Source: a virus. From it: DNA of 64,000 nt. This document shows, one piece after another, positions 18,801 through 23,475 of the stretch. Every line of letters starts with the position of its first letter. Position 1 is the stretch's first letter. A program made the translations under genes and the position numbers. The stretch covers positions 5,492 to 69,491 of IMG/VR virus record IMGVR_UViG_3300043411_000715; one strand, 5' to 3'. The notes under the pieces were generated by a model that did no database searches, was not told where the DNA came from, and saw nothing but the letters and a program-made list of their open reading frames with translations.

Positions 18801-18815
18801 GGTCGGACGCACTGA
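3804..18815 (+). CDS. darB: Giant (5,003 aa) DarB-like polyvalent protein: SLT/lysozyme-like, ddrB-ParB-like, ParB-like, RelA/SpoT-like NTase, N6-adenine MTase, SNF2 helicase, HExxH metallopeptidase-like, PBECR-like RNase, LPD38-like C-terminus
   Basis: ESGG..A.NPNSSATGLHQF (~5150); ESGNARTIAL (~6130); LDGHHQW (~7460); KDLLRSTIVV/GYSDIMVNV/AEIQINT (8420-8660); VLEPGAGIG and NPPF (10020, 10220); AHAVGSGKT and VDEAH (12090, 12600); HEAGH (14820); GLGIEHM (15530). Confidence 0.9.
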   Translation: MDMTNPWEQDWSGAAPQANDKAPWEQDWGKPSDVTKGGVLDTVRDYTLAGLSKAGQGSMQAIAGMADTVSAPVAKTRAMLTGAAALADRWLPGDINPTLQELAQDDAAAAEAKAQQNALNNPLARGTMALRDAARERGQMLQDFDKEFNPELVRQEGEMSKAQGFWENAKAIKDNPLAFYGNLMQSAPAMATGIGMSSGAARAAGALGKVAGMSDEAALALATRSAGAVGTASEAALSGSQAREGIRSNILATPHAQLAENSPRYQELMSQPGMTPALARDTLANEVSTSASLLTSAATALGSTVTNRVFGNLEAQMIAGNKLGAKDALLKMPAKETAEESAQGMGEDYVQHRAMLPADKTNAYDPGGSFVQNAAAGLAMSGPGSVGGYARQQYNASRGLNPDGTKPATPPAAPPADVAMDIRFPDGTVSKDPAGGAFDYARYDQYRTALESGGRADAKNPNSSATGLHQFTEGTWLAMVEKAKPAWAEGLSRDQILAARTDAGKSTEMVRVLDSENSARLRAAGQPVNEHTLYAAHHFGSGRAIDFAKAGDDALMSNILSPSQMRANPYLEGLTKAQAIANWDSRAGGAAPAASPATKPAAESDIASTETDAAAEALQPREAADVDKVSALDKQAQALQSRWNDLNKPEYGPAFDTERADLQSQIAALRGERDQLARDWPKPEYGHPTSFATESGVRLDGRYALVDADALVTSHNSLLNKNGAYPQELQPRERDRAASEAQISGIVNKLDPARLGMSADAATGAPIIGADGVVESGNARTIALMRAYEANGQKAAEYRQFLSDNANQFGLSAEQVGALKNPVLVRVRDTPVDRAEFARQANASTVAAMSPSEQARSDAQRIDNMEDLTPNDDGDFATSRDFIRRFMARLPMTEQAGMVDSSGALSTAGYARVRNAVLAKAYGDSPVLQRLTESMDDNLRNISKALVMAAPEVAKMRSAIDAGARFDVDITPDLMAAVTELSRLKDAGTSVQDAIAQVGMFGEYSTEVRDLLQFLADNIRRPRRIADFVRAYYAALDQAGDPNQGSLLGEKQPPAKGDLMTAARQDAQGELLDGNPATATRSAADAAGDQGRAQAGPEGRVQRPDEARRGHGDQVDGPARSEAAVDKQPSPTGQWRTFPPDMGSLGIPRAEMPQIKGEHRGAFIQFLKGRGIEASEQHEVDAAKLKPTQAEFSMAKVEGFLKKGLGSGRSVLVSSDGYVLDGHHQWMAHAVANQDIPVITLNAPMRELLAVAHEFPSVQRSEGAANDPNASRREAVQDFKAAMADLADIATKWQRAALVPEKDADLMPVLARLFDAAIRIVGTDLKAATRWVKDQLRANPATKKLVNKVEPMSFRKAAEQALEAMSEPPAQGGLFDSPEQASEAVQGDMFGLPEARPYAQLSADEKAAFDRRQGIRASDRGRVSAANYDTARDNYSPPAVESFMPKEALAAADKVIAEHQPEKRNDAAPALSVEDRARAESLLAPVLAKAAEAKAEFDQKVIDIAQRVGALGQQLAPLKGLKRGAEKLVEEKFDVGGMKDLLRSTIVVRSYADAQAVVDAIESEFKLLRAPKNRTGDVPLRAQGEDVAPEDPAKYAGYSDIMVNVVMPNGTIAEIQINTPDMLAAKGAQGHKLYEVLRAEPKGSATFDVVNAASLAFYAEARAAARNSSSVMRDQSAGQNPLAGLSPSQGAFSSSQNRLPSGNSTYDRSMPSPSARSMPKTQPGGNLSGTFMGSSDASIVPGQGAGRSATSAAAQQSQAQNRASRNNSQNDLFGAQDASAEGNRPPGDAGAGAAAVPATGAQRQAGQLREGAGGRAERGNPRRGDAADDGARHAGAARSGAAQAGRGAGSGAHRNRARADGVPVSRDIPAKSGRNYSFSGPDDLSYTGSWAKKAEANVAAVELLRDLIADKRQATPDEQAVLAKFVGWGASELANNLFGDKLNAPAQALREYESASKEMDKLGRGSLSKGGQYRGQYADPGYYQAVGVLRAAGKVAPHEFPPSVTRAQLDAAKPDAGVQRWIALRDRLKVAMTPTEWKEAARTTQYGHYTSKAVVQSMWAAMQRMGFKGGAVLEPGAGIGVFPGLMPADVAANSTYTGIEYDTFTGNVLKQLMPDERIVIDGYQNVALPKDFYDVAIGNPPFASMSVLNDNEYKRNAFKLHDYFFAKTIDRVKPGGLMAFVTSRYTMDKLDDKARAYLAERADLVGAIRMPQTAFKQNAGTEVVTDVLFLRKKVPGEVFEHAQPWAKSTPMQVDGESYPVNEYFHAHPEMVLGTHSSRGSMRAANEYTVLPGEGDIEAAFAKAAATLPADVYRAEIGSAAQAAQVREIDFNPTAKKEGNFYVTDKGVLMQREGGAGLRVEGLKPADEAIVKAYVPLRDAVKQAQYDQLNGGPWEQSLAALQAAYKAFTDKHGPLLQAKAYTVTTTETDPETGEAVKVKDTRYRHPLEALLRSDPDAYLTLALERFNEETGQITTTDALTKRVLEAPVHARVETVHDALLTSLNDLGRVDIAAVAHAVGLSQKDAIEAMGTAIYQDPSAGWQMADEYLSGNVKKKLAEARAAAQSDARYERNVAALEAAQPAPKTPADINVGLGMNWVPAPFYEQFLHDLAGTTVRVNFNTATREWSVEKVDGHKTPAAIADWGTGDRDIADLLVHALKGTPIDISRTEIADGSKKTVKDHAATEAANEKLKALRERFEGWVWENPERSDKLVQLYNDKFNTTVPRRFDGRHLTLPGTTSTVTVFDHVKRGAWRIIQSGNTYLAHAVGSGKTWQMVISAMEQKRLGLIKKPMFVVPNHMLQQFASEWMQLYPAARLMVADEENFHTNNRRRFVSRVALSDLDGVIITQSAFKILDLAPEFKAKIIQEQLDQLEASLHDADPSLKPGQKSRDPTVKQIQAKIEKLETRLQAAMSSEGKDKNVMFDELGVDMLYVDEAHGYRKLDYATSRKVKGLSSDGSAMALDMYAKVRYLAEKNPKRNLVMASGTPITNTIAELYSLQRFMAPEGLEERGLTDFDSWAAQYGREVTALEAGADGKYSPVTRFQRFVNVGDLTMAFRQFADVLTADDLAAILGDKRPKVNTGARQLLLTPKTDGYHEYQKVLAERTEASRKWRPSKDEPNNPDPIIAIIGDGRLAAIDTRFVTPGAGNDPQSKLNQMIDKLVERYKETAVNTYIDKKTGQPEPLKGGTMMVFSDIGFGDGVRLNRGFDTRAWVNKRLAEAGVDMKQVAYMSDYKASADKLKLFRDVNAGKIRILFGTSKNMGTGVNAQQRLTTIFHLDPTWYPADIEQREGRAVRQGNKNPSVDLYAFATKGTYDQNMWQMIARKAAFIDQIMTGDGSINEVEDVDSESNYSVLAAMVADDPRVLELAGQENEVKRLERLYQAHETQRQSFIDRYRQAEWAVQGAEKSLPAAEAAAKKARDLSGDNFTAKVGKATITERAKFGEALIGQLNELSGRVVTEPTPVGEIGGMPLVFHGSKVGSAFSAWIELQAGEPMNLVSNPGESPAGIAMRAQNAVAAVARRPDKLRERIAEQKAVMESIKDRRQAPFPMAQMLTDARAQVQSLKATLAAEGAAQAEPAANVPTMSRGVAEQDGAGVKLADVQAMADRVAAALPKLPGVEVLQSTQDAPPALLAYLEQQGAMDDTEGAFHDGSIYLFAGNLASMERAEHVLATHEAGHAGLAAILGADRARVMQSLLNLNDDLNRRANAVAKRLKVPVTTAVEELLVDVPPADLVKLKGWRRVAHKVQQWLARSGFTALAARMGRWLESRLSDQQKADLLAAELMTAAREHLAGRKPAVRSMAADAQQQSRWLNKQAAQRGYENADAMALADFDGLESLMAQWRGKNPAAAMLARRIVRDGYRTVNDSVIPETPEYDGNLTGDLAQVPAGKTVKAGPIRLPVGVAEGAHRGLGIEHMADNTRRDATRMPKKQTGDLAEDLVRQAVEVLRGVKEVHYDGSKFIFPNPLMKQAVVAVWRGDHYSITTVRPYRNAQNLWGNPEKVGRLTFPTRDAEATSPSIAVAKESSLHPDRFGLEVASERFDFNTDKPKPATQVVVKKKRSIQVPDGAPRLSRAGALPSAAAGQQAQLTPADRAEVLIQKSARTAQPLDAVAQAITRATGVEWAAKKVGSVIAGALNRYTPESVKAGLVSDYGLDPRVRDERVLMQARQQVQLRKAGEMIDSLASLTREESAAAYRWMNETDPDKIIRGMDELPEGSAEKLQEIQRVIDKLSQEAVDLGQLDQRSYERNKFAYLHRSYAKHVLEPKGAKAARARTVAILGNQYKGRGTTETVAMSMVRQTAPEWWDVARKAGKADPNLIGKKLTRYDRLAPSGAGTQTLPGMDGRSDGRVLETVYLPADRAAPKQYAEWRKGATFEVRDVKRGDLTLWRDWTADERQKMGEIDEARFAIAKTLHGMIRDVEVGRFLGWLSRTQAKPTEAQLPAGASIVDASESLLRAFKPGEWVKVPETTIAGTAVKKYGELAGKYVEGPVWNEVRQALHTAQGFGKVYGAILNAWKLSKTALSPTVHMNNIMSNFVMADWHDVTAGHVAKALRIIMGAHDSTSVQGIIGLAGKGMKAAAGMADQDAARELVKRYKDSGAELGSFVVNETMKAQVDPLLAAMEAELRADPNSTAAQVGVMSALQLLRQGEVGAAAKAAAGAQGVRQVIREGGNMIDLYQSEDSVFRLASWLKAKEEGKTDIEAGRIARHSFMDYNINAPWVQAARKTVLPFISYTYRAAPMLADIAMNKPHKILKLMAVAGAIDLLGSLLAGGGADDDKVRKLLPKEKAGGVWGMVPKLIRMPWNDNNGSPVFLDIRRWVPMGDVFDLGQGHAALPIPPSLMPGGPLALAGELIANKSQFTGKPIVLETDTAGQKAGKVADFVYKWAAPNVLGLPGSYATTGVIDAAKGRTDAFGRERSVAQAIASSIGVKAASYPRDILERNIILESKGKQAELERGMRQLARQRSTNAISDAEFERAIGVEQGKLRKLREETQERLEAGRTH
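7021..7179 (+). CDS. Nested 52-aa ORF in the +1 frame of the giant gene (MAIPQPQPDPQQMQRAIKAVRKLALKVESSARMKRAVAMAIKSMGLPDPKPQ)
   Basis: AAGGAG shortly upstream of ATG 7021; codons mostly G/C-ending in this frame while the giant frame reads as an atypical linker; too short for the ORF track. Confidence 0.6.
   Translation: MAIPQPQPDPQQMQRAIKAVRKLALKVESSARMKRAVAMAIKSMGLPDPKPQ
8774..8998 (-). CDS. Nested antisense 74-aa protein (MKVPDKFPPGCVFGMD...EEEFLAAARASA) after the RelA/SpoT-like domain
   Basis: GGAGGA RBS (9003-9008) and TACAAT -10 (9018-9023) on the minus strand; globular aromatic/acidic composition; giant frame is Ser-rich here. Confidence 0.7.
   Translation of the reverse strand: MKVPDKFPPGCVFGMDRADGDGIERSYVEFPDGKRFWLDEKAPWEGLKPANGFWPADWSRMTEEEFLAAARASA
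9133..9456 (+). CDS. Nested 107-aa +1-frame protein, TnpV-reminiscent helical protein
   Basis: GGAG at 9123-9126; GC3-rich codons in this frame; 'PQLYRQLERSGKLASFV' resembles TnpV by eye; giant frame is R/G/A low-complexity here. Confidence 0.7.
   Translation: MPVLKETVRRAMQAQAPQLYRQLERSGKLASFVKEQADALNAEIHDAVMQRMMEPDMQALPDLERPKRAAALDQAHTEIALAQMAFPSAETSPPSPGETTASQAPTT
15797..15918 (-). ncRNA. Candidate antisense structured small RNA downstream of the PBECR-like domain
   Basis: Minus-strand TTGCTG-N18-TAAAAT with extended TG (15954-15925), three hairpins, last one GGTGGGG/CCCCACC; no evident ORF. Confidence 0.4.
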
Positions 18816-19110
18816 CCTCGATGGCCAGCGCCTGCTGGCCGTCCTGAGCCGCGACGGCGCGCCGGTGGCACACCACGACTTCAGCAAGCCAGCGCCGCCC
18901 GATCCAGGCAGTAATCCGGCGCGCTGGTGGCGAGGCCGCGCTTGATGCCAAGATGACGCGCCGCTGGTATCGCGCGGCGGCGCACATGTTGCGCGGCTGC
19001 GGCCGCATCACCACGGCTCGAATTGCCGAGAGCAAGGCGCGGCGGGCACGCAAAGGAGCATTCGATTGAGTACCAACAATGCCGATCTGAACTCGGCCAA
19101 CTTAGGAGCC

Positions 19111-19491
19111 ATGATGAACCACACCACTGAAACTGAAATCGCGGCCGCATCGACCGCAGAGCGCGTGACGCCTGCGGACATCGAGGCAGAGATTTCCAGC
19201 GAGCACTTCTTCACGGCGCGCGAGGGCCGTGCGGGCGCTCTTGAGTCCGACACCTACGTGGGCCGCGAGCGCCCCACCGCAGATAACTCCGACCTCCTGC
19301 CGCTGGAGCTGCTGACCTTCTGCGTCCTGGTGCTGCGCAACGGCTTCACCGTCACTGGCGAGAGTGCGTGCGTCAGCCCGGAGAACTTCAATGCCGAGAT
19401 TGGCCGTCGCGTCGCCCGCGAACACGCGGTCAACAAAATCTGGCCGCTGCTGGGATTTCGTCTGCGCGACAAGTTGGCGTCAAGGTCATGA
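19111..19491 (+). CDS. Phage Gp49/Gp66-family protein
   Basis: 'LTFCVLVLRNGFTVTGESACVSPENFNAEIGRRVARE.AVNKIWPLLG'; AGGAG RBS. Confidence 0.85.
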   Translation: MMNHTTETEIAAASTAERVTPADIEAEISSEHFFTAREGRAGALESDTYVGRERPTADNSDLLPLELLTFCVLVLRNGFTVTGESACVSPENFNAEIGRRVAREHAVNKIWPLLGFRLRDKLASRS

Positions 19492-19718
19492 GCACCCTGC
19501 AAGACTTCGGCGGCTACCTGGGCCGTGTGTTTGACGCCAAGACGCTGATCGCGCTGGCCCTGATCGGCTGCGCGACCTACCTCGCTTCGATCCGCATCCT
19601 TGACGCCGCCGCATGGGTGAGCATGTGCACCACCGTGGGCGCGTTTTGGGGCGTGGGTGCGGTGGCATCTTCGCCCAGTGGCATGCAGGCGCTGGCGAAA
19701 CTGGGAGGATCGAAATGA
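19488..19718 (+). CDS. Small two-TM membrane protein, holin-like
   Basis: 76 aa, two hydrophobic segments, upstream of spanins. Confidence 0.5.
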   Translation: MSTLQDFGGYLGRVFDAKTLIALALIGCATYLASIRILDAAAWVSMCTTVGAFWGVGAVASSPSGMQALAKLGGSK

Positions 19719-19798
19719 TCGACATCGGCGAATGGATCGACTGGGCCATCAGCATCTGGCTGCGCTGGATGATGGGTGTGCGGGAGCGGTGGGCATGA
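19715..19798 (+). CDS. Trp-rich 27-aa mini-peptide
   Basis: GGAGG RBS, ATGA overlaps at both ends, paralog at 52930-52986. Confidence 0.55.
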   Translation: MIDIGEWIDWAISIWLRWMMGVRERWA

Positions 19799-20004
19799 TC
19801 GTATTCGGAGCCATCCAGACCGGCGCTGACGGCAAGCAATACGGCGTACGCTACCTGCTCACGCGCGAGGAGCTGGCCGGGCTGCAGGCGGCCGGCCTGG
19901 TGGGCGAGGTCGAGCAGATCGACGGCATGCAAGCCGTGGCCGATGGCATCGTGGCGATGTACGAGCGCGAGGCGGTGCTGGCCTGCGGCGGGAGCGTGCA
20001 ATGA
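19795..20004 (+). CDS. Hypothetical protein (paralog of 52983-53201)
   Basis: Shared 'Y.VRYLLT..EL.GLQ.AGL.G...YEREA.L.CGGS.Q'. Confidence 0.7.
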   Translation: MIVFGAIQTGADGKQYGVRYLLTREELAGLQAAGLVGEVEQIDGMQAVADGIVAMYEREAVLACGGSVQ

Positions 20005-20291
20005 GCGCATGGAGCGTGACCGACGATGCCGCGATGCTGGATTACGGCACGGTGCCGGTGCGTGCACTGGCCCAGCGCCTGCGCCGCTCGATTGGCAAGG
20101 TGTACGACCGTGCGCGGACGCTTGGGCTGACGCGCAAATACCGTGGCGGAGAGCCATATGGAGGCACCATGAAGCCGAAGAAAACGCATGTGCGCTATCG
20201 CAGCGCGATCACTGGGCGCTGGGTGACCGAGGCCTACGCCAAGGCGCATCCCGCGACGACCGTGCGCCACATTATCAAGGGGGGCGTGTGA
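20001..20291 (+). CDS. Small HTH-like protein
   Basis: 'WSVTDDAAML.YGTVPVRALAQRLRRSIGKVYDRARTLGL'; similar gene at 53198. Confidence 0.6.
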   Translation: MSAWSVTDDAAMLDYGTVPVRALAQRLRRSIGKVYDRARTLGLTRKYRGGEPYGGTMKPKKTHVRYRSAITGRWVTEAYAKAHPATTVRHIIKGGV

Positions 20292-20860
20292 CCCTCAACT
20301 TGCTCCCTTGGTGGGCTTTTGCCGCCGCCGGCGCCGTGGCCGGTGCTCTGCTGGCCGGTGGCGTGCAGCAAACGCGCGTCAGCAATGCCAAGGCGGAACT
20401 GGCGCAGGTACGCGAGCAGCACGCCAAGGCCGTTGCCGACGCCGCGCTGGCCAAGGCTGCAGCCCACGCCCGCGCCCTCGAAATCGAGCGCGAGCTGACC
20501 GCGCGCGAGCAGGCCCTGCAAGCCACGATTGACAAGCAAGATCAGGATGCCCGACATGCTCAAGCCCAACACGCTGCTGACCGCGCTGCTGCCGCTGCTG
20601 CTGCTGACCGCCTGCGCGAGCAACTCGCCACTATCACCCGTGCCGCAAGTGCCGGTGCTCGTGTCCAAGCAGATTCAAATTCCAGAGCTGCCCGAGAGCG
20701 CGAAGCAGCCGACGCCACCACCCGAATGCTTGCCGAGCTGCTCGCAAGCGCTAGCGACCGAGCGGGAACGCTGGCTGTCTTTGCTGACGCCGCCCACGCC
20801 GCCGGCACAAGCTGCGAGCGCGCCTACACCAGTGCCCGCGAGGCCGTGACCGTACGCTGA
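20288..20860 (+). CDS. rz: i-spanin (Rz-like), copy 1
   Basis: N-terminal TM segment, coiled coil, C-terminal 'G..CERAY'; contains an embedded lipoprotein gene. Confidence 0.85.
   Translation: MTLNLLPWWAFAAAGAVAGALLAGGVQQTRVSNAKAELAQVREQHAKAVADAALAKAAAHARALEIERELTAREQALQATIDKQDQDARHAQAQHAADRAAAAAAADRLREQLATITRAASAGARVQADSNSRAAREREAADATTRMLAELLASASDRAGTLAVFADAAHAAGTSCERAYTSAREAVTVR
20547..20849 (+). CDS. rz1: o-spanin (Rz1-like lipoprotein) embedded in Rz
   Basis: Lipobox LTAC, Pro-rich, +1 frame inside Rz. Confidence 0.8.
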   Translation: MPDMLKPNTLLTALLPLLLLTACASNSPLSPVPQVPVLVSKQIQIPELPESAKQPTPPPECLPSCSQALATERERWLSLLTPPTPPAQAASAPTPVPARP

Positions 20861-20865
20861 TTTCG

Positions 20866-20939
20866 TACACTTGCACGGCGCTGGCGACGATGCCCTGCAG
20901 CTCGGCTGGGCTGAGTTGGATCATGGTGATGGCGGTCAT
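20866..20939 (-). pseudogene. Possible truncated excisionase-like/HTH gene start
   Basis: 'MTAITMIQLSPAELQGIVASAV' at the end of the early operon, then runs into antisense Rz sequence. Confidence 0.4.
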
Positions 20940-21211
20940 TTGTTGATCCTTCCATTAATCCAATTCGTCGCACCGGACTGCTTCTCAGCCGGTGAACCCT
21001 CAGTACCGGAGCCGAAATATTTGTTCGGGCTGCAGGTGAGCCAAATGACTCGCTCGGGTTCCACAATGATGTCGGTGACTCGCGTGCTCTTGTACCGCCA
21101 ATAAAACGCACGGCCGAGTCCATCAACATGAACCCTCGCAATGCCGTTGTCGGCGGCATTTGCCCATGCCACATAGTCGTACCCAAAGAAAAAATTGAGC
21201 AGCTTCCACAT
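20936..21211 (-). CDS. Hypothetical protein (lower GC)
   Basis: 91-aa ORF coupled in the leftward operon. Confidence 0.65.
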   Translation of the reverse strand: MWKLLNFFFGYDYVAWANAADNGIARVHVDGLGRAFYWRYKSTRVTDIIVEPERVIWLTCSPNKYFGSGTEGSPAEKQSGATNWINGRINK

Positions 21212-21237
21212 CGCTTATTTTTTCCCTTGGCCCTCGT

Positions 21238-21645
21238 TCAGGGGAAGTACAGCTTTGGTTCGCCCTCGATGACCACGACGACGTAGAAGTCGTCCGGGTC
21301 GCTCGTGGCGGCGCCGCTGTTGTGCTCGCTGGCCAGATGTTGCTGGGCGGCACGAGCGGCTTCGGCGGGTGAGTCGGCCTCGCCCTCCCAGAAGTAGTGC
21401 TCATGGCCGTAGTTGTTGGCGATGTGGTCGGGGTAAAGCAGGACGACGGTGTAGGTGTTCATGGTGTTGTGTAGCCTTAACTGAAATCGCTGTTCCCCCT
21501 GTGCTGCTGGGGCTGCGCCAGCAAGGGCAGCGCGCCCTTGGACTACCGTGTTGTGTCTCTCGCCAAAGTGCAATGCGTTGTGCTCTACGCATATCCACAG
21601 CGCCTCGCGCAGGGCATCCGCCCCAATGGGAGTTGTGTTAGGCAT
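21238..21645 (-). CDS. Hypothetical modular protein (possible internal start at 21462)
   Basis: N-terminal module shared with 55735-56010; GGAGG RBS. Confidence 0.6.
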   Translation of the reverse strand: MPNTTPIGADALREALWICVEHNALHFGERHNTVVQGRAALAGAAPAAQGEQRFQLRLHNTMNTYTVVLLYPDHIANNYGHEHYFWEGEADSPAEAARAAQQHLASEHNSGAATSDPDDFYVVVVIEGEPKLYFP

Positions 21646-21774
21646 TCGAGCCTCCGTGTATATAGGTTTTGCGCAGTGCGCTATGGGGTGGCTGATTTGG
21701 CGGCGCGGATGGTTGCGCTGCTCGGTCAGTCGATGCGTTTCGATGATGACGCGGGCGGGAGCGGCTGGAGGTGG

Positions 21775-22224
21775 TCATGATTCATCCCTTTTGCCGGCCC
21801 ACCAGTCCGCGCCTGGCGGGTGGTCGGCTTCGTATCCGGCTTCGATTGCGGCCTCGATGCCTTTGCGCAGCGCGTTTTTGCCTCCCAAGGCATTGCGCAG
21901 CGTTTTGAACGCCGCCTGCACCTTGTCGTTGTCGCGCTCCGTCATCCACAGCAGCCCGAGGGCCAGCAGAGCGGCGGATTCAATGTGCTGCAGGCGATGC
22001 AGGTCGATCTCCGCCTCTTGAACGCAGTCGTCGTCTCCACGAGATGCAGCGAAGCCGCGCAATACAGCCAGCTCGCGCTTCAACGGGCCGGGATGCAGGT
22101 CGAGCGCGATCTCATCGATGCGCGATCTGTCGCCCTTGGCATAGGCCAGCGCCAGCGGATAGTGACCAACGACGGTTCGTGAGCCGTCGGGATGCATCAC
22201 GCGCCAGACCGTGCTTTCAGCCAT
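21775..22224 (-). CDS. Hypothetical protein
   Basis: 149-aa ORF, AAGGAG RBS, overlaps neighbours. Confidence 0.7.
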   Translation of the reverse strand: MAESTVWRVMHPDGSRTVVGHYPLALAYAKGDRSRIDEIALDLHPGPLKRELAVLRGFAASRGDDDCVQEAEIDLHRLQHIESAALLALGLLWMTERDNDKVQAAFKTLRNALGGKNALRKGIEAAIEAGYEADHPPGADWWAGKRDES

Positions 22225-22615
22225 GCTTGGCTCCTTCCTTGGCTACGCGGGCGCGCAGGTATTTGACGGCCGCGTTATGGGCGTCCGCCACGTACTCCGC
22301 ATTAGGCATCCTCACGATTTCTGTCAGGGCGGCGATGTGCTTTGCGTCACAAGCATCCCCCTGTGCTGCTGGGGCGGGCGCTGCCTGGGTGGTGGGCGCG
22401 CGGCGGTTCCAGGCGGCGATTGCGCTTGCGCGGTCCTTGCCAACTCGCTCGATGGCGCGGCTTGGTTGGCCGGGTGTCGCCTCGCAATGGTGAAGCACGG
22501 AAACGCTTGAGGGCTCCCCGTACTTCATGCCCTGCCAAATGAGGCCATTCTCTCGAATGACTGTAGTGCCCGCTCCGCAAAACGGGCACGGCGCCAGGGT
22601 GTTGGTGTCAGTCAT
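22217..22615 (-). CDS. lar: Lar-family restriction alleviation protein with C-terminal extension
   Basis: 'LAPCPFCGA...AIAAWNRRA'. Confidence 0.75.
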   Translation of the reverse strand: MTDTNTLAPCPFCGAGTTVIRENGLIWQGMKYGEPSSVSVLHHCEATPGQPSRAIERVGKDRASAIAAWNRRAPTTQAAPAPAAQGDACDAKHIAALTEIVRMPNAEYVADAHNAAVKYLRARVAKEGAKHG

Positions 22616-23231
22616 TTGAGTCTTTCTGCGCATTGGTGCGGGAGGCGTCGATCTGTGAGTCGGTGAGAGGCATTCGCTCAGGCTGCGCGGGTTCTTCTTT
22701 GGGGGCGGCTGCGAGGGTAGATTGGATCGCCATCCAGGCGTCCAGTCCTTCGTTTGAGATTTGTTCGCACGCCTCAAGCATCATTTGCTCGTCGCCTTGA
22801 GCAGCCGTCTCTGCTTCAACCTTCATGCTGTTGATTGCTCTCTGAGCGCCGATTAACGCTTGAACCAGCGCCAGAGCACTCGATTCCAGATACACCGGCA
22901 CATCTCCGTCGAGCGCGCTCGGCCCGAACTTTGCACTTCGGAGTTGCGCGCCGTGCCCAGAGTGCAATCGACTAAGCTCATAAGCCGGCAGGTAGCCGAC
23001 TGGCCTGTCATAGATGCGGTCGCTGTCGTCTCGTGGCTCTGCCGGGTCTCCGGTCAATGCTGGCGGCTGTGCTGCGGTGGAGAGTGCCGCACGGCGAAGC
23101 TCTGCGCGCCACCAGTATTTGCCCGCGCCTTCCGGCGTTTCGCCGAATTGAAACCCGTTGAGAGGGCCGTCGCCCATCAGGAAATTGATGACGGTCTTGA
23201 GGTCAGGGGCGGCATTGGTGTTGGTGGTCAT
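22608..23231 (-). CDS. Hypothetical modular early protein
   Basis: Coupled ORF with Ala/Pro linkers separating modules. Confidence 0.7.
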   Translation of the reverse strand: MTTNTNAAPDLKTVINFLMGDGPLNGFQFGETPEGAGKYWWRAELRRAALSTAAQPPALTGDPAEPRDDSDRIYDRPVGYLPAYELSRLHSGHGAQLRSAKFGPSALDGDVPVYLESSALALVQALIGAQRAINSMKVEAETAAQGDEQMMLEACEQISNEGLDAWMAIQSTLAAAPKEEPAQPERMPLTDSQIDASRTNAQKDSND

Positions 23232-23449
23232 TCGTCGTTCTCCCAATAGCTCATGTCTTCATCTGCGACATCGTCAGGAGACTCCCAGTTATCGATATCA
23301 ATGCCATTGGATTTGGCCTGTTTATCCGCGCACGCGGCAGCAAAGTACGCAGCTATCTCTTGATCTAGTTCCCACGCGGTCATGTACCTTTTGGCGCATG
23401 CTTCGACCCACTGATCGCGCGTGAGAGCCGTGATGCTGGCTTCGGTCAT
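23228..23449 (-). CDS. Hypothetical acidic protein
   Basis: GAGG RBS; 'WESPDDVADEDMSYW' C-terminus. Confidence 0.65.
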   Translation of the reverse strand: MTEASITALTRDQWVEACAKRYMTAWELDQEIAAYFAAACADKQAKSNGIDIDNWESPDDVADEDMSYWENDE

Positions 23450-23475
23450 TCCTCGCCCCCATTGTGGGTGTGGTG

